Assembly (NCBI GenBank): GCA_038143065.1
Contig: JAYQLI010000035.1
Span: 1,152,001-1,216,000 of the forward strand
From: Rhodospirillales bacterium
Lineage (GTDB): Bacteria; Pseudomonadota; Alphaproteobacteria; Bin95
Direction of reading: 5' to 3'
DNA length: 64,000 nt
Below the pieces are notes generated by a model. The model saw only the letters and a list, made by a program, of their open reading frames with translations, was not told where the DNA came from and did not search any database. The position numbers and the translations under genes are program-made. Shown piece after piece: positions 11,122 through 26,258 of the stretch (position 1 is the first letter of the stretch; every line of letters begins with the position of its first letter).

Positions 11122-12787
11122 ATGCTCACCGCGCTCTCGATCCGCAATTTAGTTATTATCGAGGCACTAGACCTCTCGTTTGGCGCTGGTCTTAACACCC
11201 TCACCGGTGAGACTGGAGCAGGAAAATCTATCTTACTCGACGCACTTGGACTTGCACTTGGTGCGAGAGCTGAAGTGGGCTTAGTGTCAACTGAATCCAA
11301 ACAAGCAAGTGTCACGGCTCAATGTGAACTTTCGGACACACATCCAGTCTGGTCATATCTAGCTGAAGCTGGAGCTGGGTCTGATGAACAAGATCTCCTT
11401 TTGCTTAGGAGAGTTCTGAACAGCGATGGCCGCAGCCGTGCATTTATTAACGATATCCCTGTTTCGATTGGCTTGCTTCGACAAACAGGGAAAATGATTT
11501 CAGAAATCCATGGCCAGTTCGAGCAATATGAACTCCTGGATCCCAATCAGCATCGTGAATTTTTAGATGTTTCAGGTAATTTAGAAGAAAATTTAAAAAG
11601 CCTGAACTCTTTATGGTCGTCTTGGCATGAGGCGGAACGCAAATTCACAGAAGCCTCAACGCATGTTGCATCTATGCAGCAAGATGAAGCTTTTCTGAGG
11701 ACTCTATAGAAGAATTATTAGAGCTATCGCCAGAAGAGGATGAGGAAACCCAACTTGCAACTCGCCGGGCTTTTTGGCCAATCGCGCCCGGATCTCAGAA
11801 GCGCTAATAACTGCTATGCAGTCTCTTGAAAATTCAGGCGCTGCGACTGCAATACGACAAAGCGAACGGTCACTAGCAAGGTTAGCTGATGCCGCTGAAG
11901 GCAATTTTGATAATGCTATATCAGCACTTGAACGTGCCGGAATTGAACTTGCTGAAGCTGAGCAGGCTCTATCGGCCTCGATGGCAAGCCTTGATGCAGA
12001 TACAGACACATTGGAATTTGTTGAAACAAGATTAATTGCGCTTAGACGTGTAGCACGTAAGCATCATACCCAACCCAATGAATTACCAAGTTTATTAATT
12101 AAACTGCGGAATGATTTTGAGTTATTAGAGCATAAAGAAGACGAGCTATCTGATCTGAGAGAAGAGGTTAATCTAGCTCGGTCTAAATATGTATCAGCAG
12201 CGGAAGATATTTCGAAAAAAAGATTGGTTGCTGCTCGTAAATTAGAACAAGCCATACACAAAGAACTTCCCCCGTTAAAGTTGGAAAGTGCTGAAATTAA
12301 GATTGAGAACAATCAACTTGAGGAAGTTAACTGGGGACCAAACGGGATCGACAAAGTCCGCTTTATGGCGCGAGCCAATCCAGGGCATCCATTCGGAGAA
12401 ATGCATAAAGTTGCCTCTGGGGGTGAGCTCGCACGTTTTGCTCTTGCTCTTAAAGTAGTGTTATCAAATCGCAGTTTTGCTTCTACGTTAATTTTCGATG
12501 AAGTTGATGCTGGGATAGGAGGTGCAACAGCAGATGCTGTTGGTAAACGATTGAAGAGATTGTCCAGTCGAGTCCAGACACTAGTGATAACCCATTCACC
12601 GCAAGTTGCCGCCTTAGGAGAGCACCACTATCAAGTTCAAAAAAAGGTTGAGAACGGAATAACCCGCACCACTGTCACTAAGTTGAAAGACGAGGCTAGA
12701 CGTGAAGAGATTGCACGGATGCTTTCCGGAAGTTTAATTACTGAAGAAGCTCGCGCTCAAGCTGAGCGGTTAATCGATAGTGCATAA
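11122..12787 (+). CDS. recN: DNA repair protein RecN (frameshifts near 11700 and 11770)
   Basis: LTGETGAGKSI, EIHGQ, ASGGELAR, IFDEVDAGIGG, ITHSPQVAA. Confidence 0.95.
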
Positions 12788-15855
<3,068 letters not shown>

Positions 15856-15949
15856 ACCGGAAACATTTATGAGCGTAGCCTTGGCTTAAAATGGATACCC
15901 ACACAAAAACCTAGAGTTGTAATTTTTTTCCTAAATCAAAAATGAAACA

Positions 15950-16480
15950 TCAATTTGATGACAGTTTTTTCCTTCTCTCCGCCTCGTAATTTTCGCGAGG
16001 CCCAAATAGCGGCTCATTTTGGAAGGTTCTTTCTGTCCAAGCGTGCAATTCCTGGTCGCTTAAACTTGTATTACAAACCTTACCTTGAGGCTGTTGCACG
16101 TGCCAAGGAGTGTTATGGAAAATTTCGATGCCATTCCCTTCGGGATCTTGAAAATAAATTGACCACGTATTTCCATGTGAAGTTGGTCGATAATTTAAAC
16201 CTTCGTTTTCAACTCTTACGATCACATCTCTCAGCTCAGCCATACTTTCTACTCTAAAAGCAAAATGTGCCAAGGTAGTTGGTGGTCCTTCATTTTCCCT
16301 GGGACCAATAAGCCCAAGCTGATGATGCTCATCCGGCTGCTGTGACAAAAACACGATGCTCTTGTTTCCTGGAATAGAACCTTCATCTGTAACCTGAAAA
16401 CCTAATACACGGGTGTAGAACTCCCTCATCTCACACATATTTTTCACAAACAGCACAGAGTGCGACCAGGATAAAGCCAT
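15950..16480 (-). CDS. VOC (glyoxalase/extradiol dioxygenase-like) family protein
   Basis: WSHSVLFV..FYTRVLGF, EHHQL, LAHFAF, SIYFQDPEGNGIE. Confidence 0.85.
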   Translation of the reverse strand: MALSWSHSVLFVKNMCEMREFYTRVLGFQVTDEGSIPGNKSIVFLSQQPDEHHQLGLIGPRENEGPPTTLAHFAFRVESMAELRDVIVRVENEGLNYRPTSHGNTWSIYFQDPEGNGIEIFHNTPWHVQQPQGKVCNTSLSDQELHAWTERTFQNEPLFGPRENYEAERRKKLSSN

Positions 16481-16520
16481 ACTAACCCCCGCTTTCTCGC
16501 AGTCTAAAAGTATCCTTCAC

Positions 16521-18861
16521 TTAGGCATTCATCAAGCGCCAAATCAGGCGAGCAGCTGCATCTACGATCGCATCGGAGTCTATCTTAAGCGATCGATACA
16601 AATCAGGTAGATCGGCTGATTGCCCAAAACCTTCAACTCCAAGAGGTACAACTTCTCTGACTAGCGAGGCTCCTAACCAAGATAAAGTTGCTGGGTGAGC
16701 ATCGCAGACAGTTACAATACCGGCGTTTTGGGGGACTTCAGAAAAAGTCTAGCCAGGTGAAATTCTTCCGCACCTTGCTCAGCGCTCAGCCAGTTTTTAT
16801 GCAACTGATCTGGAGATGTAACAGCTAGCAAACCTGCATCTGGACAGTCTTCCAAGAGCACTTTGTGAGCACTTATAGCTTCAGGCATTAGAGCTCCCAT
16901 TGCGGCAATCACAACATCACAGTTTGGGCCTGGTGGCATTAGCCAATAAGCCCCCGCAAGAAGATCAAGCTTCAGGTCCTGGGTCATCTCACGTATTGGT
17001 TGATCAAGCTGACGAGTTGAAAGCCTAAGATATGTGGCTCCTCCATCCTCAGCCAGCATTCTATTGAAACTTTCGCGCATCATTACGGCCAGTTCGTCAA
17101 CAAACGCAGGCTCGTAACTTGCCAAATTGGGAAGCCCCATTCCTATAAGTGGGGTAGTCTGAGATTGGTGAGCACCACCTTCTGGTGATAATGTTACTCC
17201 TGACGGAGTACCAACTAATAGAAATCGTGCGTCTTGATAGAGAGCATATATAAGAGCATCTAAGCCCCGAGCAATGAAAGGATCATAAAGGGTTCCTACA
17301 GGTAATAAACGATGCCCATATAACGGCTCGGTCAAGCCAAGAGCGGCTAATGCAAGAAATAAATTGTTTTCTGCTATTCCGAGTTCCAGATGCTGTCCCT
17401 TTGGACCAGCTGCCCACCGCTGGGTTGAAGGGATATTTTCCTTGCGGAACGCATCATCCTTACTTTGGCGTTCGAAGACCCCCTTTCGATTGACCCACCC
17501 ACCGAGGTTTGTTGAAATCGTAACATCAGGAGAGGTTGTTACCATCCGATCACTTAATATGCTTTCACTGCGTGCAATCGAAGCCAAAATTCGGCCGAAC
17601 CCCTCCTGAGTAGAAGTCTTTTGCTCACCCGGGACCGGCAACATTGGCAAAGCCTCAGCGATCTGTCCTGCACTCGGAAGAGGTTTACGTTGAGCAAACG
17701 GAACGTTTTCTACAAACGCCTGAAGCTCCTGTGACCTCCCCTCAACCCCAGACCAAACTTCCCACTCCTGACCACTCTCAACACCCATTTCTTGTTTGAG
17801 GGCATCAATTTGTTCCGGTGTCATTAACCCCGCATGATTATCTTGATGTCCGGCTAGCGGCAGGCCAAATCCCTTGATTGTGTAAGCAATAAAACAGGTA
17901 GGAACATCAGACTTAGCTGCTTCATCAAAAGCTTCAGTCAGTGTCTCAATGCAATGACCGGCAAGGTCAGTCATCATACGAGCAAGTTCTTTATCATCGC
18001 GCTTAGAAAGTATTTGTTTAATTCCTGGCTTACTTCCAATCTCATCTGTAAGCCTTTCACGCCAGGCCGCCCCCCCCTTGAAAGTTAGAGCCGAGTAAAT
18101 GCTGTTGGGGCAGTCATCTATCCATTGGCGAAGTACCGCACCACCTTTTTCCCGAAAGGCGCGTTCTAATCGACGACCATATTTTAGCGTAATGACCTTC
18201 CAACCCATGGCCTCAAAAATGCCGTCAATGCGTTGAAAAAGACGATCCGAAACGACGCTGTCAAGGCTCTGCCTATTATAATCAATTATCCACCAACAAT
18301 CCCGTAAATCATGCTTCCAACCTTCCAGAAGGCACTCAAATACGTTTCCTTCATCAAGCTCCGCATCCCCAACAACGGCAACCATCCGCCCACGGTTCCG
18401 ATTGGACATACCACCGTGGAGCTCAACCATGTCTTGAGCTAGAGAGGAAAACACGGTCATGGCAGCCCCAAGACCAACAGAACCGGTAGAAAAATCTACA
18501 TCATCTATGTCTTTGGTGCGGAGGGGTACGCTTGAGCTCCGCCCAAACTGCGGAATTTCACTAACTGATCTCTGGTTTGCCGGCCAAGCATATACTGGAT
18601 TGCATGATAGACTGGGCTTGCATGAGGCTTCACTGCAACGCGATCCTCTGGGCGCAGCGCATGAAAATAAAGTGATGTTAGTATCTGTGCACATGACGCT
18701 GAAGAGGCCTGATGCCCACCTACCTTAACTCCACCACGATTTTCTCGGATATGATTTGCATGGTGGATCATCCAGCTAGAAAGCCAAAGCGCTCTCTCTG
18801 ATAAAGTTTCAAGGATGTCAGTTTTCTTAGACGATGCTGAAATTGCAACTCCATCCGGCAT
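16521..18861 (-). CDS. TPP-dependent AceE/transketolase-like 2-oxoacid dehydrogenase E1 (frameshifts near 18507 and 16740)
   Basis: KVGGHQASSAS, KPHASP, GAQAYPS, DFSTGSVGLG, TPP motif GDAELDEG, ELGIAENN, EGGAHQS; third frame gives C-terminal PLGVEGFGQSADLPDLY ending at 16521. Confidence 0.88.
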
Positions 18862-18985
18862 AGCTACTCTCCCATTCCGTGCCTCCAAATTAATGATTAA
18901 CGAAAGGACTTTTGTTGTTTTTTAATGCTAATAATGAGATTTTACAGACATAATTTTACGAAAATTATCAGAATTGAAGAACATT

Positions 18986-19453
18986 ATGCCAAAAACAGAT
19001 TTAGATATGTTTGACCGTAGAATTCTTGCTGCTCTTATGAAAGATGCCAACCTGTCCAATGTAGATCTTGCGGATAAAGTAGGACTGTCTCCGTCCCCTT
19101 GCCTACGTCGCGTCAAAGCTTTGGAAAAAGCCGGTATCATCCTTGGGCGCAGACTTATAGTAGACGCCGCCGCCGTCGGACTTTCAATCAGTGTTTTCCT
19201 GCAAGTAACTCTAGAACGACAAATTGAGGCCAATCTAGAACGGTTCGAAAAAGCAATTTCAGGTTGGCCGGAAGTAATAGAGTGCCACCTCATGACTGGA
19301 GATGCTGATTACCTTCTTCGCGTTGTTGCGCCTGATCTTGATGCCTACCATCGTTTTCTGATGGAAAGCCTGACTAGGGTGGAAGGTGTTGCGAGCATCA
19401 AATCAAGTTTTGCACTTAAGCAAACGAAATACGGTGAGGCTCTCCCGTTGTAA
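18986..19453 (+). CDS. Lrp/AsnC family transcriptional regulator
   Basis: LDMFDRRIL, VGLSPSPCLRRVKALE, ECHLMTGDADYLLRV; divergent from the TPP enzyme. Confidence 0.94.
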   Translation: MPKTDLDMFDRRILAALMKDANLSNVDLADKVGLSPSPCLRRVKALEKAGIILGRRLIVDAAAVGLSISVFLQVTLERQIEANLERFEKAISGWPEVIECHLMTGDADYLLRVVAPDLDAYHRFLMESLTRVEGVASIKSSFALKQTKYGEALPL

Positions 19454-19494
19454 TCCAGCTAATCCTGCATGAATATTTATCTTACTAAGGAGAG

Positions 19495-20991
19495 CTATTT
19501 TCCGATCGTTGCTGCTGCTTTTACCGCTGATGACATGATTATGCGGCGATCCGGCGCCGAATAAGCTTCGTGATTTTCATCAATATCAGGCAGCCGATAC
19601 AAATAATTAATCATTAATCCAGCAGATTGCTTGAGGCCATTTTCAGATAAGTCTGCTGCCCAGTTTAATCTCTCCATACGAGCACCATTTGATAAATGAA
19701 AGTGAGCGACAGGATCGAGGGCCCGCCCATCTTCTCGTTTGCATACGCCTAAATAATTAGCCGCTAAACACGTTAGAGGCTGCTTAATAATTTGAACAAT
19801 ATCTGGTTTTTTATGCCACTCCGGAATTGAAAGCACTGCCTCGATCAATGCAATCCTATTTAAGGTACCCATTCTCTCCACAGCAGAATTTTCATCCCCT
19901 ACAGCTTTTTTCTGCGTGTCACCTTTTTTTTGGATAAAGTCGTTTAAAACGTCTACCTGGTCATCAGAAAGAGGAACGCCATTCGCAATTTCCGATGGTT
20001 TCTTCATCCACTTACGAAGACCAGGTATTGGCGATAATGTTGCAAACGTTTTTATGTTAGGTAACTCATTAGACAAAGAAGCCACCACGCGCTTAATGAG
20101 AAAGTCACCAAAACTGATGCCTGCAAGTCCAGCCTGAGCGTTGGATATCGAATAGAAAATTGCGGTGTCCGCCAAGCTTGGATCAATAACTGTACGAGAT
20201 TCATCTAACAGCTTTCCAACATCACCCGCTATTCCGTTCACCAGAGCCACCTCAACAAAAATCAAGGGTTCATCAGGCATCCTCGGATGAAAAAAGGCAT
20301 AGCACCGGCGGTCAAACTCCAACCGTTTTTTCAGGTCATCCCAGGAACGAATGCGATGCACAGCTTCATATTGGATTAACTTCTCAAGTAAATGTGCTGA
20401 TGCACTCCAATCAATCTGCTTGAGCTCAAGAAAACCAATATCAAACCAATTTGCCAAAAGACTTTTAAGGTCCTCCTGCAGTCCAGCGAACAACGGCATT
20501 TCTCGCTGCCACGCCAATAAGTCGGCTCGCAAGTCAACAAGAAACTTCACACCGTTTGGTAGGGCAGTAAACTGACGAAGAACTTCTACGCGAGGAGGAA
20601 CCAATGCTTTTTTCAGCGATTTTTCTGCTTTAATGCGCGCATCTACATCTTTTGACTCACGGACTACGTCCATCAATTGATTAATGATATTTCTATCACT
20701 ATCAAAATCTTGGGCTAGAATCTTGAGAAACCGGCGCCGTCCATCGTTTGATAATCTAAGATAGGCTTGACCCAAAGTGGCAGCACGAGCGCGAGCGCGA
20801 ACCTCTCCGCCCCGATGCTCAATACATTCTGAGAAAGCCTCGATTAACTTGGCTTCATCAGATTTTGTAATACCGGACTTAAGCACCAGTTCTTCGGTGT
20901 TTTTCTTCGACCCGAACCCACGAACCGCTCTGGCTATTTGCGTCCAGGCCCGGTCAAGAACACTCATTTGTTGATCTGAATTAGCCGACAT
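19495..20991 (-). CDS. Malonyl-CoA decarboxylase
   Basis: GVKFLVDLRADL, YEAVH, DRRCYAFFHP, FYSISNAQ.GL.GISFG, TLSPIPG, DPVAHFHLSNGA. Confidence 0.94.
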   Translation of the reverse strand: MSANSDQQMSVLDRAWTQIARAVRGFGSKKNTEELVLKSGITKSDEAKLIEAFSECIEHRGGEVRARARAATLGQAYLRLSNDGRRRFLKILAQDFDSDRNIINQLMDVVRESKDVDARIKAEKSLKKALVPPRVEVLRQFTALPNGVKFLVDLRADLLAWQREMPLFAGLQEDLKSLLANWFDIGFLELKQIDWSASAHLLEKLIQYEAVHRIRSWDDLKKRLEFDRRCYAFFHPRMPDEPLIFVEVALVNGIAGDVGKLLDESRTVIDPSLADTAIFYSISNAQAGLAGISFGDFLIKRVVASLSNELPNIKTFATLSPIPGLRKWMKKPSEIANGVPLSDDQVDVLNDFIQKKGDTQKKAVGDENSAVERMGTLNRIALIEAVLSIPEWHKKPDIVQIIKQPLTCLAANYLGVCKREDGRALDPVAHFHLSNGARMERLNWAADLSENGLKQSAGLMINYLYRLPDIDENHEAYSAPDRRIIMSSAVKAAATIGK

Positions 20992-21170
20992 TTTAAACTT
21001 TCTATAGAGATACGGTATGAACAAACGACTGCAAGAAGCGAGCAGTTATTTCACTACTTAGGAACACTCTCCAATATACGCCTAATGATGATTGATAATT
21101 TTATCTAAGTAGTTCTCCAAAAAACCAGGAAGTTCCTATTAACTTCCGTCTTATCTTGCACACTACTTAC

Positions 21171-21190
21171 AAATAAATCTCGATTTATTT
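21171..21190. promoter_or_regulatory. Inverted repeat, possible operator in a divergent intergenic region
   Basis: AAATAAATC-tc-GATTTATTT: 9-bp perfect arms in an AT-rich spacer. Confidence 0.3.
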
Positions 21191-21416
21191 TTCTTTAAAT
21201 GGGAAAATTTTGGAGCTTTCTCAAGGCCCAAAAATGATGAAAATACTTTTGCCTGGAAATTTACTGGATGCCTTTAAAAAAAAGAAATGCTAAAAAAAGA
21301 GAAATGCGCAATTTTTATAGTCCTCGATTGCAGCTACTTTTTATGCTGCTTAGAGTATTCCCCACACCCAACTAACTGGGATTGGGTCCGGCTTGAGCAA
21401 GAATTAGGATAATTTA

Positions 21417-22463
21417 ATGCGTGTTTACTTCCACATTCCTAATGACGACCTTATCGAAGCCCAAAAGGCCTCAATAGCTGCTGAAGTGGCGGGCTTCGAT
21501 GGTGTCGTTGCCCTTGAAAACGCTCATGGTCCTATTCCACCGCTTACTGTAGCGGCCATGGCTACAAGTCGTGTCCAGTTAGGCACAGCCGTGGCCATTG
21601 CATTTCCGAGAAGCCCCACAATTTCTGCACATTTTGCATGGGACCTGAACAAAGCGAGCAATGGTCGTTTTGCTCTTGGTCTTGGAAGCCAAGTTAAAGG
21701 ACACAACGAACGTCGATACGGACTGACATGGACACCACCCGCCCCTCGTATGCGCGACTATATTGGTGCTGTCCGTTCTGTTTGGCGGTCCTGGGAGACA
21801 GGAGAGAAATTAGACTTCCACAGTAAAGCTTACACATTGACACTCACAACACCCAACTTCTCACCAAAACCACTTGGACTTCCGCGAATTCCAATAACCA
21901 TGTCAGCAGTTGGACCTGCAATGCTGTCTGTTGCGGGTCAAGTTGCAGACGGTGTTCGCCTCCATCCTTTCAGCACAAAGCGCTACTTAGCGGAGCGTTC
22001 ACTATCCCGAATAAGTACCGGCTTGATGAAGGAAAATCGTAAAAGAAGCCAAATTGAGGTTATATCAGGCGCATTTATGGCTACCGGAGAGGACGATGAG
22101 GCTGTAGCAAAAATGAAGGAATATATTCGATTTAGAATATCATTCTATTGTTCTACTCGCGCTTATTGGGACGTCTTGCGTTTACATGGGCTTGAAGAAC
22201 TGGGTGAACGTTTGCGTCCATACCCCTCACAAAATCGTTGGAACGAAATGGCTGCACTTATTTCTGACGATGTTTTAGAATTGTTTGCGATTGTTGGACG
22301 TCATGATGAACTAGCTGATAAAATTTCTGAAAAATATGAAGGCTTGGCCGATAGCTTATCTCTCTTCATTCCAACAGATACCGATCCTGGCCCTATAGGA
22401 GAGGTAATGCAGGACATTCAAAAAATTCCAATGAACTTTTCTGGCGCCGATCTTAGTTGGTAA
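21417..22463 (+). CDS. LLM-class oxidoreductase, resembling the TIGR03617 (putatively F420-dependent) family
   Basis: LGTAVAIAFPRSP, GRFALGLGSQVKGHNERRYG, AVGPAML..AGQVADG..LHPF, FYCSTRAY. Confidence 0.85.
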   Translation: MRVYFHIPNDDLIEAQKASIAAEVAGFDGVVALENAHGPIPPLTVAAMATSRVQLGTAVAIAFPRSPTISAHFAWDLNKASNGRFALGLGSQVKGHNERRYGLTWTPPAPRMRDYIGAVRSVWRSWETGEKLDFHSKAYTLTLTTPNFSPKPLGLPRIPITMSAVGPAMLSVAGQVADGVRLHPFSTKRYLAERSLSRISTGLMKENRKRSQIEVISGAFMATGEDDEAVAKMKEYIRFRISFYCSTRAYWDVLRLHGLEELGERLRPYPSQNRWNEMAALISDDVLELFAIVGRHDELADKISEKYEGLADSLSLFIPTDTDPGPIGEVMQDIQKIPMNFSGADLSW

Positions 22464-22466
22464 CAA

Positions 22467-23810
22467 TCACTCCCCCGCAATCGTAAGACCATCAATCCGA
22501 ACAGTCGGCGCGTTGATAGATCCTCTACGCATAAGATCTGATCCTGGTGTGAGAGAGCGAAACATATCCTTCAAGTTTCCTGCAATCGTGAGCTCATTTA
22601 CTGGATAGGTAATTTCTCCTTTCTCTATCCAATATCCAGAGGCTCCACGACTATAGTCACCGGTGGCCAAGTCCCCTCCATGCCCAATAAGCTCTGTCAC
22701 AAACAAACCACTTTCTACCTCTCCAATGAGTACCTCGGGCGAGGCTAGACCTGCTTGCAGGTCCATATTGGTCGTACTTGGACCAGGATTACTTCCAACA
22801 CCTCTTGAGGCTCGACCATTACTATTCATGCCGAGTTTTTTTTGCGCTTCTAAGATCAAGCGTCCACGCTTGGAGTTTTCCATCAACAACTAGAGAAAGC
22901 TCCTTAGCTGCCAATCCCTCTCCATCAAAGGGTTTCGATGCCATCCCACGAGGGATTAGAGGATTATCAATTATTGTTACACCATCAGAAAACACCTGTT
23001 GCTCCATACTATCCTTAAGATAAGACACTCCTCTCGCAATTGAGGCCCCATTAATTGCAGCAGCAAAACTACTAATCAGTCCACCAGCTAACCGTTGCTC
23101 GAAGATAACTGGAGCTATTTGAGATTTGACTCGACGCGCTCCTAGACGTCGGACTGCTCGCTCCCCGCAGTACGACCAACCTCCTGAGCAGATCTGAGAT
23201 CAGACAAATGTGTTGCTGCCGTCCAATCATAATCTCGCTCCATAGAACCGCCTTTCTTGGCAATAACTGAAGCGGAGAGAGAAAAACTTGATCGTGCGTA
23301 GGAACTGGCAAAGCCATTGGAAGTGACTAAAGCAATGCCAGATTTCCCCCAACTTGCACCCCCACCCTCAGAATTGTCGACCCCCTTAATTTCTAAGGCC
23401 GATGCTTCTGCAACTTCTGCCATTTCCAACAGCTTTTCTGGCGTGGGTTCTGTACCGTCTATTAAATCAAGTTCTGGGAATTCTCTTGCGAGCTCCTCGA
23501 CATTAGCAAGTCGAGAATCATGATCTGGTGGTGCCACCTTGGCCATTGCCACCACACGCTCAGCAAGGTCATTCAAGGTTTGGTCCCTGAAATCCTCTGT
23601 GGCAACCGAAGCCGAGCGGTCACCCACAAAGACCCGGACGCCTAGGTTCATGCTATCTGACCGTTCCAAGGTCTCGCGATTACCTTTTCGAACAGCAACT
23701 TCAAGCCCACGTGACTCGATTAATACGGCATCCACAGCGTCAGCGCCGGCACGTTTGGTGCGCCCAACCAAATCAGATAGGCGATCGAGCAATTGGTTTG
23801 TTTCGAGCAT
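22467..23810 (-). CDS. pmbA: TldD/PmbA family protein, PmbA-like (frameshifts near 23163 and the T8 run at 22836-22843)
   Basis: MERDY, AAINGASIARG, SKPFDGEG, TGDYSRGASG, PVNELTIAGNL across three frames. Confidence 0.88.
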
Positions 23811-23888
23811 TTATGAACCCTGAGTTAAATAAGTAAGTTGCTTTCATACGAGAAATAATGTTCCACGGCACCTGTGCCAAGCTTAGCC

Positions 23889-23917
23889 TTGCATACATGA
23901 GCTCACCTCGATACCGT
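23889..23917 (+). promoter_or_regulatory. Candidate sigma70-type promoter for the MoxR operon
   Basis: TTGCAT-N17-TACCGT about 55 bp upstream of ATG 23971. Confidence 0.3.
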
Positions 23918-23970
23918 TCTTCAAATTTAAAAATCAATTGGACACCGTTGGAGAAAAGGTTTTTTTGCCC

Positions 23971-24816
23971 ATGCGCTTTACTGGCTCAGATAATTACGTA
24001 GCAACAGACGACTTAATGCTTGCAGTTAATGCATCAATTACGCTTGAGCGGCCGCTGCTAATTAAAGGTGAACCTGGAACAGGAAAAACTGTCCTAGCTT
24101 TTGAGGTTGCAAAAGCCCTAGGTCTGAAACTTATTACCTGGCATGTAAAATCCACTACCAAAGCCCAACATGGTCTGTATGAGTACGATGCCGTTTCTCG
24201 TCTTAGAGATAGTCAGCTTGGCGACGACAAAGTTAATGATATTCGAAATTATATTGATAAAGGAAAACTCTGGGAGGCCTTCCAGGCAGATGAGCGTGTC
24301 GTATTACTTATCGACGAAATTGATAAGGCGGACATAGAATTTCCTAATGACCTCTTACAAGAGCTCGATCGCATGGAATTCTTCGTCTACGAGACGGGTG
24401 AAACAATATCAGCAAAACAACGACCGATTGTGATTATAACTTCCAATAATGAAAAAGAGCTTCCAGACGCTTTCTTGCGTCGATGTTTTTTCCATTACAT
24501 TCAGTTTCCTGATACTGAGACAATGGAAGGAATTGTGAATGTCCACTTCCCCAAGATCAAAAAGGCGATGTTGACCTCCGCTATGGAGTCTTTTTTTGGG
24601 CTTAGAGAAATACCTGGCATTAAAAAGAAGCCTTCAACATCCGAATTGCTAGATTGGCTCAAATTGTTGCTTGCTGAAGATATCCCACCAGAGAGCATCA
24701 AAGGAAAAGATGCCTCGAATGCATTGCCGCCGTTATACGGGGCACTTCTAAAAAACGAACAAGATGTACACATGGTTGAACGGTTAGTCTTCATGAGCCG
24801 TCGAGAACGTGGTTAA
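23971..24816 (+). CDS. MoxR-family AAA+ ATPase
   Basis: Walker A GEPGTGKT, Walker B LLIDEIDKAD, TSNNEKELPDAFLRRC. Confidence 0.93.
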   Translation: MRFTGSDNYVATDDLMLAVNASITLERPLLIKGEPGTGKTVLAFEVAKALGLKLITWHVKSTTKAQHGLYEYDAVSRLRDSQLGDDKVNDIRNYIDKGKLWEAFQADERVVLLIDEIDKADIEFPNDLLQELDRMEFFVYETGETISAKQRPIVIITSNNEKELPDAFLRRCFFHYIQFPDTETMEGIVNVHFPKIKKAMLTSAMESFFGLREIPGIKKKPSTSELLDWLKLLLAEDIPPESIKGKDASNALPPLYGALLKNEQDVHMVERLVFMSRRERG

Positions 24817-24831
24817 GGGGGGTAAACCCCA

Positions 24832-26015
24832 ATGTTTATTGATTTTTTTTTAAAGGTTAAAGCCGCAAAGATCCCGGCAACGATCAGAGAATACCTCATG
24901 CTTTTGGAGGCGATGAATAAAGACGTCGCTGGAATGAGTGTGGACAATTTCTATTATCTTTCACGCTCAGCATTGGTAAAGGACGAGAAATATTTCGATC
25001 GTTATGATCGTGTTTTCGGCCAATTTTTTAAAGGCATTCAAGATGTAACCGAGGGATTATTTGGAGCTGAAATTCCTGACGAATGGCTGGCCAAGCAAGC
25101 CGAATTACTCCTGTCCGACGAAGATAAAGCGAAAATTGAGTCTATGGGCGGATGGGAAAAATTGATGGAGGAGTTGAAAAAAGACTAGAAGAGCAGAAAG
25201 GCGAGCACCACGGTGGAAATAAATGGATCGGCACCGGAGGAACCTCACCTTTTGGCAGCGGGGGATTTAATCCTGAAGGCGTCAATATCGGAGGTAGGCG
25301 CAGAAGGCAGGGCAAGGCTCTAAAAGTTTGGGAAAAGCGTGAATATAAAAACTATGACGACTCCATTACGATTGGCATTCGAAATATTCAAATCGCTCTT
25401 AGAAGACTTCGTGAATTTGCTCGCTTTGGAACTGAGGAAGAATTCGATCTTAATGAGACTATAGATCGGACAGCTAAAAATGCCGGCCTATTAGATATTG
25501 TTATGAGACCAGAGCGCACGAACCGCGTTAAGGTTCTAATGTTTTTTGATGTAGGCGGCTCCATGGACGATCATATTAGGGTCTGTGAGGAATTATTTTC
25601 GGCTAGCCGTACTGAATTTAAGAATTTGGAATTCTTCTATTTCCACAACTGTGTATACGAAGAAGGCCTCTGGAAGGATAACCGGCGTCGGTTTGACCAA
25701 CGCACCCCAACGTTCGATGTGATCAATACTTACCCAAGCGATTACAAAGCAATATTCGTTGGAGATGCGTTCATGAGCCCATATGAAATTACGTACAAGG
25801 GCGGATCAGTGGAGCATTGGAATGAAGAACCTGGAGCTCTATGGCTTTCAAGGATGTTAGATCACTGGTCCAACTCGATTTGGCTAAATCCACGCCCTGA
25901 GCAACGTTGGGATCACACTCCCTCCACGCAGATTGTAAAAGAACTTATGACCAACCGTATGTACCCTTTAACAGTGGATGGTCTAGATCGGGGGCTTAAA
26001 GCGTTAACGAGATAA
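24832..26015 (+). CDS. VWA-domain (CoxE-like) partner protein (frameshift at A-run near 25177-25182)
   Basis: GGNKWIGTGGTSPFG, MIDAS-like DVGGSMD, FYFHNC, VGDAFMSPYE, WLNP. Confidence 0.9.
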
Positions 26016-26258
26016 TATTATCTGGACCAACGTTAGCGTAAACAATTCTAAGTTATATTCTCCAAATGCTTTTGCTTGTGCAATTCTCAAGATATCAAAC
26101 TAACGGCAGTGACGATCGAGCGCTTCAAGCGCCCTTGATTAATGCAGCTATTATACCTTGCAATTTTATTCACGAACAATTTTTGCCGCAAAATAAACTT
26201 ATTTGGCGATTAGCCTAGATAGGCTATATATAGTGGCTGTTGTTAGAGGATATGCCTT

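Noticed and set aside
1412-12787. Programmed frameshifting or endosymbiont-style decay of dcw genes
   Set aside because: Breaks are scattered over all gene classes, lack consistent slippery or stimulatory elements, and flanking sequence is not degraded; sequencing error is simpler
21129-21140. GAAGTTCCTATT matches 12 bp of the yeast FRT arm
   Set aside because: No 8-bp spacer or second arm and no vector sequence nearby; treated as coincidence
23971-26015. MoxR/VWA pair as a CO dehydrogenase accessory cluster or defence system
   Set aside because: No coxLMS or effector genes nearby; this pair is a widespread backbone module
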